A DNA stretch of 64,000 nucleotides from Myxococcota bacterium (GCA_040386535.1 JAZKFH010000037.1:74430-138429); one strand, 5' to 3'. Positions 27,078-36,613 are shown, counted from the first letter of the stretch. Notes: generated from the sequence alone by a model not told the origin. Translations and numbers: made by a program.

Positions 27078-27101
27078 GATAGTTCGAAGCGTCGAACTAT
27101 C
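27078..27101. promoter_or_regulatory. Perfect 10-4-10 inverted repeat, probable MarR operator
   Basis: GATAGTTCGA-AGCG-TCGAACTATC, 26 nt upstream of the marR start codon and A/T-rich relative to the surroundings. Confidence 0.75.
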
Positions 27102-27176
27102 GCGACCGCGACCGCGAGCAAGGGACGATCGTGTGAAGAAGTGCGAAGAGGCCCCGCCGACGCCCGAAGGCCGCGC

Positions 27177-28286
27177 CTACCGCACGTCCGCCTCGGCGTA
27201 GACCCCCGCTTCCACGCCGGGCCCCTCCCCACGGAGCGCCTCGTCGAAGAAGACGGTGCTGTAGTGCCGCACGATCGGCGCCGAGGTCTCCAGGGGCAGG
27301 AAGCTCGCCGCGTCGCACGCCTCGGGCGCGGGCGTGAAGCCCGGGCACCCGTCGGTCGCGAGCTGGAGAAGGAGCCCGTAGACGGTGTCGTTCAGGTCGT
27401 CGCGGCCCGCCAGCCACGTCTCGGCGCTGCCCGCGAGATCGAGCTCGCACAGGTTGGAGAACGCGAGGTGGCCGGCGCCCACCACCCGCACCAGCTCGCC
27501 GTCCTGGAGGGCCTCCGCCGCTACGATCGCGTCGGCGTCGGGCGCGAAGGTGTCGCACGTCCCGCCGAGCAGCATCGTCCGGACGCTCCGCTCGGGCGCG
27601 GCGAAGCCGGCCATGGGGAGGAGCGCGGAGAAGCGGGCGTTGTCCTCCCCGACGCCCACGGTCGTCCCCGCGCCGGCCGAGTGCCCGGAGAGGCCGAGCT
27701 GGGCAGGGTCGATCGCCCCGGCGAAGAAGCCCTCGGTGGCGGCGGCGTCGACCCACGCGACGGCGGCGGCGATGTCGTCCTCGGCGGGATCCGCGCCCCC
27801 GAAGGCGGAGAGGTCACACCCCTCGAGCGGGGGCGAGAACAGGCAGGGGAGGATGTCGCCCATCATGCGGCCGGGGTGGTCGGCGGCGACCACGACGTAG
27901 CCGCGGGAGGCGAGGTGCACGGTGTAGTCGAGGGACTGGAGCCGCATGCCGCCGAAGCCGTGGGAGAAGAGGACCACGGGGTAGGGGGCCTCGGGCACGC
28001 GGAGGGGGGCATCGCGCACGGCGCCGCTGTCGAAGGTGGGAAACGACACATCCCCCACGGCGTCGAGGAACACGGCGGGCAGGAACACGTCGAAGTCGGG
28101 CGACTCGGTGGCCCCGGTGGTGCTGTCGCTGGCGGGGTACCAGACCTCGAGCGTGACATCGCCGGTCACGACGGTCGTGACGCCGACCGGCGCGCCGCTC
28201 TCCGCGGGATCCGCCGGCAGGGTGAGCGGCTCGGGCGTGGGGGCGTCGGGTGCGGGTTCGGCGCAGGCGAGCAGGAGCGTCAGCAT
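27177..28286 (-). CDS. Alpha/beta-hydrolase lipoprotein (dienelactone hydrolase/PAF-acetylhydrolase-like)
   Basis: MLTLLLAC lipobox at 28286; EVWYPA, YPVVLFSHGFGG, HLASRGYVV, GHSAG, GTCD, GAGH. Confidence 0.85.
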   Translation of the reverse strand: MLTLLLACAEPAPDAPTPEPLTLPADPAESGAPVGVTTVVTGDVTLEVWYPASDSTTGATESPDFDVFLPAVFLDAVGDVSFPTFDSGAVRDAPLRVPEAPYPVVLFSHGFGGMRLQSLDYTVHLASRGYVVVAADHPGRMMGDILPCLFSPPLEGCDLSAFGGADPAEDDIAAAVAWVDAAATEGFFAGAIDPAQLGLSGHSAGAGTTVGVGEDNARFSALLPMAGFAAPERSVRTMLLGGTCDTFAPDADAIVAAEALQDGELVRVVGAGHLAFSNLCELDLAGSAETWLAGRDDLNDTVYGLLLQLATDGCPGFTPAPEACDAASFLPLETSAPIVRHYSTVFFDEALRGEGPGVEAGVYAEADVR

Positions 28287-28305
28287 GCGCCCGCTTATCC
28301 CCTCC

Positions 28306-29808
28306 TCACTCGGTGGGAACGGTGACGGGGCGGGGCGGAAGGTACCCGTCGGCGACGACGCGCGGGTCGTGGCTCCAGGTGCCGAAGTCCCCGCGCGAGG
28401 CGCCGGCGAGCTCCACACGTGTGTCGAAGGCCCACTCGCCCCGGCGGGCCCACTCGCCTTCGTGGCGCCCGATCACGAGATCGTCGATCATCGGCGCGAG
28501 GTAGGGGAGGGGGTACCCGTGGATGCCGGCCCGGAGCGCCCCGGCCTCGTCGGCACCGGAGGGCAGCGGCGTCGTGACCGAGCCGTGGTAGCCCATGTGG
28601 AGGGGGAGGGTGCCGCCCTCGGGCCGCCCCTCGCGCGAGAAGTGGAGCATCGCCGGCGCGAGCGCCACGAGGTTCGGCCCGAACACGCGCCGCGCCGGAT
28701 CGTCGGCGTGCACCACGGACAGGACGGACACGCCGTCGGCACGCAGGGGCCCGACCCGGCCGGACCACACGCCCTCGGCGCCCGCGCCGTCCGCCCCGCC
28801 CATCACGGCCATCGGCACCGCGTAGTCGAGCCCGTCGGAGTCCCCGTAGCGGGCCAGATAGTCACGAACGACCGCGCCGCCCTGGCTGTAGCCGAAGGCG
28901 AGGGTGCGCACGGTGCCCTCGAACCCGCCGGCACGCACGAGCAGATCGTGCAGGTTCTCCACGCCGTCCGCCGGCTTCGCGTCCCGCGCGACGATGTTGT
29001 CGACGGTGTTGGCGTAGGGCACCACGAGCGCGAACACGCTGCTGCCGTGCGCACGGAGCGCCTCGGCGATGACCAGCCCGTAGGTGCGCATCTTGTCGAG
29101 CTCGCCGTCCAGGCGGAAGGTGCGCGGCTTCTTGAACATGCCGCGGATCACCGCGCCGCCGGTGCTGCCCGTCGCGAGGTCGGGTGTGAACGTCGGCGGC
29201 ACCTCGAACACGACGGTCGAGCCGGGTGTCGCCCCCGCGAGGTCGAGGTACCCCCCGACGAGGGCCACCTGCTCGCTCCGATCGCCGGGCAGCGCGTCCA
29301 CGATGCCCATGTCCTCGACGAGCGCGCGGTCGACCCCGGCGGCCGCGAGCCGCCCCCCGAGCACGTCCCGGTAGAGCGCGTGGAGCGTGCCGCCGTCGAT
29401 CGCGTCCTGCCGGGCCCACGCGCGCGCGTTGAGCGGGATGCCGAGCGCGCTGGTCCACTGCGCGGCGCCGGCGGGGGCCACCGTGTCGCCCGCGAGCATG
29501 GTGGGGCCGGCCTCGACGTGCGGCCACCGAATGGCGACGCCGCCGAGGTGCCCGCCGATCGCCGCCGGGGTGACCCGGACGCTCCCGGGGCCCGCCCACT
29601 TCACGATGCGCCCGTTGTGCGCCGCGGTCACGACGGACCCGATCGGGAGCGACAACGATGCGCCGGGCTCGAGGGCCTCGCCGGGATCGAGCGAGGTGCC
29701 GTCGTTCCGGAGGACCCGCCCCTCCACCGCCAGGGCCCACGCCACGGGTGCGCGCTCCGCCGCCGCCGCTTCTCCGGACACGCCCAGCGTCGCCAGCGCC
29801 ACGATCAC
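28306..29808 (-). CDS. Secreted hypothetical protein with C-terminal alpha/beta-hydrolase-like region
   Basis: GTG 29808 overlaps the upstream stop (GTGA); signal-like N-terminus; GYSQGG nucleophile elbow; downstream ADDP and HGY. Confidence 0.6.
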   Translation of the reverse strand: MIVALATLGVSGEAAAAERAPVAWALAVEGRVLRNDGTSLDPGEALEPGASLSLPIGSVVTAAHNGRIVKWAGPGSVRVTPAAIGGHLGGVAIRWPHVEAGPTMLAGDTVAPAGAAQWTSALGIPLNARAWARQDAIDGGTLHALYRDVLGGRLAAAGVDRALVEDMGIVDALPGDRSEQVALVGGYLDLAGATPGSTVVFEVPPTFTPDLATGSTGGAVIRGMFKKPRTFRLDGELDKMRTYGLVIAEALRAHGSSVFALVVPYANTVDNIVARDAKPADGVENLHDLLVRAGGFEGTVRTLAFGYSQGGAVVRDYLARYGDSDGLDYAVPMAVMGGADGAGAEGVWSGRVGPLRADGVSVLSVVHADDPARRVFGPNLVALAPAMLHFSREGRPEGGTLPLHMGYHGSVTTPLPSGADEAGALRAGIHGYPLPYLAPMIDDLVIGRHEGEWARRGEWAFDTRVELAGASRGDFGTWSHDPRVVADGYLPPRPVTVPTE

Positions 29809-31208
29809 TGCGGGTACGGCCGGTACAGCGGGTCGCCCACGAACACCATCATCCACGCTCCCACGATCGTAGACTCGTAAGCGGCTTCCCCGAACGTGGC
29901 CCCCTGGAGTAAGTACAGGAACAGTTGGTCGTACTCGGGCATCCCGGTCACGTACGGCTCGTTCACGGCGCCGAACGTGGCGGTGATCCCGCGCTTCAGC
30001 GCCTCGCCGGACCACGATCCGCCGCGCAGGTCACACGCGGAGCACGAGTCGAGGTGCCCGCCGATGGCGCCCGGGGCCCAGGTGAACGCGTCGTTGTAGT
30101 GGTTGAAGCTGTACCAACCCGCATAGTACAACGCGTCGGGGCAGATGAGCGGCGCGGGATCCGTCCCGAACTCGGCCGAGTTGCCGTCCCACACGACGTC
30201 GTACGCTCCGTCGTCTTCGAAGATCCGGCGCGTCCCCCACATGTTCCACTCGCCCGCCTCGTAGCTGCCGCGCGTGTCGGTCGCCGGGGGGGTGTCGCCG
30301 AGGTTGCCGTCCACGTACACGATGCCCGCGAGCGCGTCGGCGGCCGCGAGCGCCTCGGCCGCGGCGGTGCGGTCGACGAGGTCCATGGCGGCGTCGGCGT
30401 CGGCGCCGTCGATGCGGGCGACCAGGTAGTACGGGTCGGAGAGGTTGTTCCGGATGGCCCCGAACGCCTTGTAGGGGTTGTACTCGCCCGCGAGGCTGTC
30501 ACCGCGGCGGTACACCCGGTTCTCGAACGGCTCGGTGAACGCCTTGGCGGCCGCCCCGTACACCAGCAGGGCGTCGAGGCTCACGGTGACGAGCGTGTCG
30601 GTGTAGTAGAGGTCGCGCACGCGGTCCGCGACCTTGTAGGGCACGCCGTACACGGGGATCACGTAGTAGACGTGGGGGCCGACCGCGTCGATGCAGGCCT
30701 GCACCGCGTCCAGGAACGGGTCGGTCTCGGCGGCGGTGAGCGTGGTCGCGTCGGCCGCCTGCACCGCGCACCGGGCGGGGATGCCACGAAAATCCCCGTA
30801 GTAGTCCGCGACCGCCTCGGAGCCCTCGATGGAGGGGTTGTAGAGCACGACGGCGCGCGCGGCGAGCGGCCAGTCGACGCTGCGCTCCACGGTGCTGGTC
30901 GCGGTCCCGTCGCAGGTGGTGGCGGTGGCGGTGACCGTCTCGGCCTCGTTCACGGCGAGGTCGGTGGGGAGCGTCCATCGGACCACGACGCCGGTGTCGG
31001 GGGTGACCGTCCCGTGGGTCACCGTCCAGGTGGCGGAGGCGGTGGCGGCGAGCGTCAACGTGCCGCCGGGCACGGCGTCCCCCGTGACGGTGATCTCCCC
31101 GAGGACGCAGGCGCCATCGGTGTCATCGGGGGCAGTGTCACCGTGGGCAGAGTCCCCGGGCGGCGCGTCGTCCGGGGAGGCGGTGCAGGCGAGCAGGAAC
31201 AGCAGCAT
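29805..31208 (-). CDS. TIGR03790-like lipoprotein
   Basis: MLLFLLAC lipobox; VLYN...SEAVADYY, YLVARIDG, YAGWYS, PGAIGGHLDS, GAVNEPY, GATFGEAAY, GDPLYRP. Confidence 0.8.
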   Translation of the reverse strand: MLLFLLACTASPDDAPPGDSAHGDTAPDDTDGACVLGEITVTGDAVPGGTLTLAATASATWTVTHGTVTPDTGVVVRWTLPTDLAVNEAETVTATATTCDGTATSTVERSVDWPLAARAVVLYNPSIEGSEAVADYYGDFRGIPARCAVQAADATTLTAAETDPFLDAVQACIDAVGPHVYYVIPVYGVPYKVADRVRDLYYTDTLVTVSLDALLVYGAAAKAFTEPFENRVYRRGDSLAGEYNPYKAFGAIRNNLSDPYYLVARIDGADADAAMDLVDRTAAAEALAAADALAGIVYVDGNLGDTPPATDTRGSYEAGEWNMWGTRRIFEDDGAYDVVWDGNSAEFGTDPAPLICPDALYYAGWYSFNHYNDAFTWAPGAIGGHLDSCSACDLRGGSWSGEALKRGITATFGAVNEPYVTGMPEYDQLFLYLLQGATFGEAAYESTIVGAWMMVFVGDPLYRPYPQ

Positions 31209-31305
31209 GGGCGTGCATCATCGCACGTCCCCGGTTCCGGAAGGGCGGGGGGGACGGCAGGAGGGCCGCCGCGCGTCCACGCGGCGACCCAACGCCCGTC
31301 ATGGT

Positions 31306-31944
31306 CTACGGTTCCTCGGGCGCCTCGGGAGCCTCGACCTTGAAGCTCGTGGTCGCGGTCTGCTTGCCGACCGTGAACCGCACGGTCACCTCGTAGTCGC
31401 CCGGCGTGAGCGGCTCCATGTTGTAGGTGGCCTCTTCCATGTCTTCCGCCTGAACCGTCCACTGCGTCGCCTTGGGCGAACACATCGGGCGCACCTCGAC
31501 CGCCTCGCCGTCGGGGCCCTGGATGGTCCACAGGGACACGAGGCAGCTGGTGTCCGTCTCCACGGAGACCGGTCCGTCGGCGCAGGTGTTCTGCATGATG
31601 CCGGCCAGCATCGGCATGTCCTCGGGGGTGAACGTCTCGGCGAGCTCGCCGCTGGCGTCGCGCACCTCGGCCCGGAACTCGAGGTCGTCGGGCGTGCAGG
31701 CGGGCTCCACGGCCGTGTCGGTCGCGGTGTCCGTGTCGGTCGCCGTGTCCGTATCCGTCGCGGTGTCCGTGTCGGTCGCCGTGTCGGTGTCGGTGCCGCT
31801 GTCGGTGTCGGTGCCGCTGTCGGTGTCGGTGCCGCTGTCGGTGTCCACGGTGGGGTCGGTGTCGGTGCTGCCGCCCGTGTCTTCGTCGTCCTTGGGCGTA
31901 CAGCCCACGGCCATCAGCGCCATCAGCAGGGTCAGGGTCTTCAT
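31306..31944 (-). CDS. Lipoprotein with Thr/Asp repeat stalk and BsuPI-like Ig domain
   Basis: MKTLTLLMALMAVGC lipobox with GGAGG RBS; (TDTDSG/TDTDTA)n; C-terminal ...PGDYEVTVRF. Confidence 0.7.
   Translation of the reverse strand: MKTLTLLMALMAVGCTPKDDEDTGGSTDTDPTVDTDSGTDTDSGTDTDSGTDTDTATDTDTATDTDTATDTDTATDTAVEPACTPDDLEFRAEVRDASGELAETFTPEDMPMLAGIMQNTCADGPVSVETDTSCLVSLWTIQGPDGEAVEVRPMCSPKATQWTVQAEDMEEATYNMEPLTPGDYEVTVRFTVGKQTATTSFKVEAPEAPEEP
31713..31845. repeat. 18-bp coding tandem repeat
   Basis: GTCGGTGTCGGTGCCGCT three times exactly at 31783-31836, flanked by degenerate 18-bp units. Confidence 0.85.
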
Positions 31945-32049
31945 GTCCAGCCTCCGTTCGCCAGGGAATCTGGCCACCGAAGCGCCGATTCAACAGGGTG
32001 AACCTGTCACATTCCTTCAACCCGAGCCCCCTCCACCCCCCGAGACCCG

Positions 32050-33327
32050 CTACAGGTCGGCCTTTCCGGCGCGGTTGCGGAGCAGGATCACCGCCATGAA
32101 CCCGAGCGACACGGCCGCCGACCCCACGAGGAGCGCGAGGATGGGCCCGAGATCGCCCTTGCCCGTGTCGTAGAGGCGCCCGATCACCAGCTCCTGCACG
32201 ATGGGCCCGAGCGAGCCGCACCCGTTGATGATTCCGGCGGCCAGGGCGGCGCGGCGGCGCGAGCCCACGTCCACGGCCCCAGCGCCCGTCATGAGCGCGT
32301 CGGGGCCGTAGAGCGCGAAGCCGGCGAGCCCGAGGCACACCGCGAACGCCGTCACCGAGGACGCGCCGACCGTGTAGAGCGCGAGGGTGGCGACCACGAG
32401 CCCCACGAGGAACACGAAGCTGATGCCGGCACGGCGGCCGCGGAAGAGGCGGTCGGACAGCACACCCGCGATGACGACGCCGGCCACACCGGCCACGTCG
32501 AACACCGTGGAGAGGTAGCCCGCGTCGCTCCCGGTGAGGCCGAAGTTCTTCTCCAGGAAGAAGGGGGCCCACGACCAGAGGGCATAGCGGATGAGCTTGA
32601 GGAAGAAGTAGAAGGCGCCGATCAGGGCGACGTTGACGATGACGTCGCGCGACCACGGCGCGTCCGTGTCGGACTCGGGCACGCCCTCCGGATCGTCGAC
32701 CGCGGGGAGGCCGAGATCCTGGGGCCGGTTCCGCTGGTTGAGGAGCACGAACACCCACACCGCGGCGAGCACGAGGGCGCCGCCCACGAAGCTGTAGCGC
32801 CACCCGTACGCCCCGAGGAGCCACGCGGCGAACGTGTTGGCGAGCACCCCGCCCACCTGGAAGTTGGTTGCCCACAACCCCATCACGGTGCCACGTTCGC
32901 GCCGGTGGAACCAATTCGCCATGGTGCCGACGTTGCCCGCCCAGCCCGTGGCCTGCGCGAGCCCGTTGAGCACCATCAGGCCCAGGAACGTGGCGAACGA
33001 GTTTCCGAACCCGAAGCCGACGTTCACCCCGATTGACACCGCCATGCCGCCCAGGAGCAGCACGCGCGGCCCCCACTTGTCACCCAGCGCGCCCGACACG
33101 AACTGCCCGACCGCGTAGGCCACGAGGTAGACCGTGCCGATCGTGCCGAGCTGTGTCGCGCCGAACCCGAGATCGGTGGAGAGGCTCGCCTTGGCCAGGT
33201 AGAACGGCTTGCGACAGAAGTAGTAGCCGGCGTAGCAGAGCCACGTCGCGGCGAACACCCGCCACCGCCACTGGCGCAGGAGCGGGGGCATCGCGGGCGA
33301 GAGCGGAGGGGCGGCCTGGGGGTTCAT
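32050..33327 (-). CDS. MFS transporter, organophosphate:Pi antiporter (GlpT/UhpC/SLC37-like) family
   Basis: YAGYYFCRKPF, GALGDKWGPR, WFHRRERGTVMGLW, KLIRYALWSW, AAGIINGCGSLG. Confidence 0.88.
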   Translation of the reverse strand: MNPQAAPPLSPAMPPLLRQWRWRVFAATWLCYAGYYFCRKPFYLAKASLSTDLGFGATQLGTIGTVYLVAYAVGQFVSGALGDKWGPRVLLLGGMAVSIGVNVGFGFGNSFATFLGLMVLNGLAQATGWAGNVGTMANWFHRRERGTVMGLWATNFQVGGVLANTFAAWLLGAYGWRYSFVGGALVLAAVWVFVLLNQRNRPQDLGLPAVDDPEGVPESDTDAPWSRDVIVNVALIGAFYFFLKLIRYALWSWAPFFLEKNFGLTGSDAGYLSTVFDVAGVAGVVIAGVLSDRLFRGRRAGISFVFLVGLVVATLALYTVGASSVTAFAVCLGLAGFALYGPDALMTGAGAVDVGSRRRAALAAGIINGCGSLGPIVQELVIGRLYDTGKGDLGPILALLVGSAAVSLGFMAVILLRNRAGKADL

Positions 33328-33420
33328 CGCGCGGAGGATACTCCTCGGGCGGGCCCGCGCCGCGCGCCGACGCGAGAACGTCACGCGCGCCGGCCTCGGT
33401 GTTCGTCTCCGAGCGGGCGG

Positions 33421-34215
33421 CTACCTCGTGCGGCGCCGCACCAGGAGCAACGCGAGCGCCAGCGGGGCGAAGCCGGCGGCGCCCGAGGTGCCGCAGAGGG
33501 GCGGGCCCGGGGCCTCCGTGTCGTCCGCGATGTCGATGCGCTGGGCCTCGCCGCGCACCCCGCTCGACGACACCGCCGCGATCTCGAAGGCGGGCGGGTT
33601 GAGCGCGCCGTCCTGCTCCCACTGGCGGTACCGGAGCGTGTGTGTCCCCGGGCCGATCCCAACGTCGAGCCGTTGGAGGGAAGGCGTCTCGGTGATCTGG
33701 GTCTCCCCTTCGAACAGCCCCTTCAGCTCGACGTAGGCCCACGGATCGGCCGACGTGGACTCGACCTCGAACGAGACCTCGCGGGTGAAGCCGCAACAGC
33801 CCCAGACGTGCTGCTCCTCTTCCTCCGACCAGTCGCCCACCGTGACGCCGAGCACGGTCGGGGTCGAGGGGGCGGGCGCGGCGCTGGTGCCGACGGTGAA
33901 GGAGATCTCGCCGAAGGCAGCCTCATCCCAGCCCTGCGCAGGGACCTCGATCCGGTAGGTGGCGCCGGCCTCCCAGGCGTGCGTGAACTGCACGAGGGTC
34001 TCGTTGCCCGACGGATAGGGCAGGAGCGACTCGGACGCCAGGGCGAACGGCGCGCCGGGACCCTCGACCACGTTGGCACTCACGTCGAAGTTGGCGTCGT
34101 ACAGCAGCAGGGCGTCCGTGGGCGCGTCGGTCCGCTCGGGCAGGGCGAAGTCCCCCTGGTTGTCCGTAGGGCCGGAGTCGGCGTGGGCGAGCAGGGAGAG
34201 AAGCAGCAACATCAT
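33421..34215 (-). CDS. Secreted protein with MYXO-CTERM-like C-terminal sorting signal
   Basis: Signal peptide MMLLLLSLLAHA; C-terminal CGTSGAAGFAPLALALLLVRRRTR (Cys, hydrophobic helix, Arg cluster). Confidence 0.75.
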   Translation of the reverse strand: MMLLLLSLLAHADSGPTDNQGDFALPERTDAPTDALLLYDANFDVSANVVEGPGAPFALASESLLPYPSGNETLVQFTHAWEAGATYRIEVPAQGWDEAAFGEISFTVGTSAAPAPSTPTVLGVTVGDWSEEEEQHVWGCCGFTREVSFEVESTSADPWAYVELKGLFEGETQITETPSLQRLDVGIGPGTHTLRYRQWEQDGALNPPAFEIAAVSSSGVRGEAQRIDIADDTEAPGPPLCGTSGAAGFAPLALALLLVRRRTR

Positions 34216-34331
34216 GGCCTCCGCCGAGGACCATACACGCGGCGCCGTGCACCCGCTATGGCGACGCGAGGCGCGCCCGTGGATCATCGGCACCCCCGTT
34301 GCGCTAAGCTGCCGCGCGTGTCGTGCCCCCC

Positions 34332-35693
34332 ATGAACCTCTCCGCCACCATCCGCGGCTCCACCTACCGCTTCGCCTCCGTGAAGGAGGTGCTTGCCAAG
34401 GCCAACCCGCCCAAGAGTGGGGACGATCTCGCCGGTGTGTCCGCGCGCGAGCCGGTCGAGCGGGTGGCCGCGCGCGCCGTCCTCGCCGAGATCACCCTGG
34501 CCGAGCTGCGCCAGCACCCGGTGGTGCCCTACGAGGTCGACGAGATCACGCGTCTGGTGGAGGATTCGCTCGACGACGCCGCGTTCGCCGCGGTCAAGCA
34601 CCTCTCCGTCGGCCAGTTCCGGGAGTGGCTGCTCGACACGCGCACCACCGGCCCGACGATGCGCGCCGTGGCGCCCGGCCTCACGCCCGAGATGGCCGCC
34701 GCCACGTGCAAGCTCATGTCCAACATGGATCTCATGGTGGTGGGTGCCAAGGCCGAGGTGGTCGTACGCGCCAACAACACGCTCGGGCTGCCGGGGCGGC
34801 TGTCCTCGCGCCTCCAACCGAACCACCCCACCGACGACATCGACGGCATCCTCTACTCCGCGCGGGAGGGCCTCTCCTACGGCTGCGGGGACGCGGTAAT
34901 CGGCGTGAACCCCGCCACCGACACCCCCGAGTCCACCGCGCAGATCCTCACGCGCCTCCACGAATTGCGTGTCAAGAACGGGATCCCCACCCAACATTGC
35001 GTCCTGTCCCACGTGACGGTGCAGATGAAGGCGTTGGACCTCGGCTGTCCGATGGATCTGATGTTCCAGTCGCTCTCCGGCAGCGAGCGTGGCAACCGCG
35101 CGTTCGGCATCTCCGTGGCCCTCATCGACGAGGCCTACGACAAGATGCGGCGGCTCACGAGCAACCGCGGGCCAAACGTCATGTACTTCGAGACGGGGCA
35201 AGGGAGCGCGCTCTCCTCCGACGCCCACCACGGCGCCGACCAGGTGACGTTGGAGGCCCGGTGCTACGGCTTCGCGCGGCGCTACAAGCCCTTCCTGGTC
35301 AACACGGTCGTCGGCTTCATCGGCCCCGAGTACCTGGAGGACGGCCCGCAGATCACCCGCGCCGGCCTCGAGGACCACTTCATGGGGAAGCTCCTCGGCT
35401 TGCCGATGGGCTGCGACGCGTGTTTCACCTACCACGCGCGCATGAGCCAGGACGAGCTGGAGAACCTCAAGGTGCTCCTCGGCGCGGCCGGCTGCACCTA
35501 CCTGATGTCCCTGCCCGTCGGCGACGACATCATGCTCAACTACCAGAGCACCTCCTTCCACGACATCCCGTCCGTGCGCGGCCTGCTCGGCAAGCGCCCC
35601 ACGCCCGAGTTCGACGCGTGGCTCTGCGAGAAGGGGATCCTCGACGGCTCCGTGCCCGGCGAGCGTTTCGGCGACCCGACGGTGTTGCAGTGA
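34332..35693 (+). CDS. eutB: Ethanolamine ammonia-lyase large subunit
   Basis: SGDDLAGV, RLQPNHPTDD, GDAVIGVNPA, MYFETGQGS, NTVVGFIGPEY, GLEDHFMGKL, DDIMLNYQSTS. Confidence 0.97.
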   Translation: MNLSATIRGSTYRFASVKEVLAKANPPKSGDDLAGVSAREPVERVAARAVLAEITLAELRQHPVVPYEVDEITRLVEDSLDDAAFAAVKHLSVGQFREWLLDTRTTGPTMRAVAPGLTPEMAAATCKLMSNMDLMVVGAKAEVVVRANNTLGLPGRLSSRLQPNHPTDDIDGILYSAREGLSYGCGDAVIGVNPATDTPESTAQILTRLHELRVKNGIPTQHCVLSHVTVQMKALDLGCPMDLMFQSLSGSERGNRAFGISVALIDEAYDKMRRLTSNRGPNVMYFETGQGSALSSDAHHGADQVTLEARCYGFARRYKPFLVNTVVGFIGPEYLEDGPQITRAGLEDHFMGKLLGLPMGCDACFTYHARMSQDELENLKVLLGAAGCTYLMSLPVGDDIMLNYQSTSFHDIPSVRGLLGKRPTPEFDAWLCEKGILDGSVPGERFGDPTVLQ

Positions 35694-36613
35694 GCCTGAC
35701 TCGCACGCTCGTCCACGATCTGCGCGCCCGCCTCGCCGGCCGCGATCCCCTCCCGCCGCCGCCCCCCGTGCCGGAGATCCCGCTCCCGCCGGCCCGGGTC
35801 TTCCCGTCGCCCAAACGACGCAGCCCGTTCGCCGCCGCCGCCGCGCGGCACACCACCGCGCTGGTCGGCATCGGGCACGTCGGCACGCGCTACGCCACGG
35901 ACGTGGTGCTCCAGTTCCAGGCCGAGCTCGCCGTGGCGCACGGCGCCGTCTCCACCGCGCTCCCCGTCGACTGGGCCGAAAAGAACGGCCTCTTGCCGCT
36001 CCACTCGCGCGTGCGCGACCACCGCGAGTTCCTGCTCCGGCCGGATCTCGGGCGGCGCCTCGACGAGGCGAGCGTGGCGCGGCTGCGGGAACATGCGCGG
36101 AAGAACGTCGACATCCAGCCCATCCTGGCGGACGGCCTCTCCGCCGTGGCGTGTATGGGCGCCGGGATGGCGCTGCTCGACCACTTCGTGAAGGCGTGCG
36201 AGGCGCTCGGCTACTCCGTCGGCACGCCGATGTGCGCGCGGTTCGCCCGGGTGTGGCTCGAGGACGAGATCGGAGAGGTGGTCGGCGCCAAGGTGTCGGC
36301 CATCCTGCTCGGCGAGCGCCCGGGGCTGGGCACGGGAGACGGCTTATCGGCGTACCTCGTCTACGATCCGAAGGTCGGCCGCACCGACGGAGACCGCAAC
36401 ATGATGTCCAACATCCACGCGCGCGGCGCGCCCCCCGAGCAGGCGGGCAAGCGGCTCGCGGCGCTGGCGGGCGCCATGTTGACCCAACGCACCTCGGGTG
36501 TGCCGCTCGATCTCGGGCCGGTGCGTGACCAGCTCGGCGGCGCGATCGGCGCCGGCTACCGCGCGCCCGATCCCCGGGTGCGCCTCGTGTCGGTGGGAGG
36601 GGAGGCCAAGTGA
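35690..36613 (+). CDS. eutC: Ethanolamine ammonia-lyase small subunit
   Basis: GTG 35690 overlaps the eutB stop; FLLRPDLGRRL, ADGLS, LGERPGL, LSAYL, RNMMSNIH. Confidence 0.93.
   Translation: MSLTRTLVHDLRARLAGRDPLPPPPPVPEIPLPPARVFPSPKRRSPFAAAAARHTTALVGIGHVGTRYATDVVLQFQAELAVAHGAVSTALPVDWAEKNGLLPLHSRVRDHREFLLRPDLGRRLDEASVARLREHARKNVDIQPILADGLSAVACMGAGMALLDHFVKACEALGYSVGTPMCARFARVWLEDEIGEVVGAKVSAILLGERPGLGTGDGLSAYLVYDPKVGRTDGDRNMMSNIHARGAPPEQAGKRLAALAGAMLTQRTSGVPLDLGPVRDQLGGAIGAGYRAPDPRVRLVSVGGEAK

Noticed and set aside
34216..34331. Cobalamin riboswitch upstream of eutB
   Set aside because: The divergent intergenic region is only about 115 nt and shows no recognisable B12-box or conserved core.
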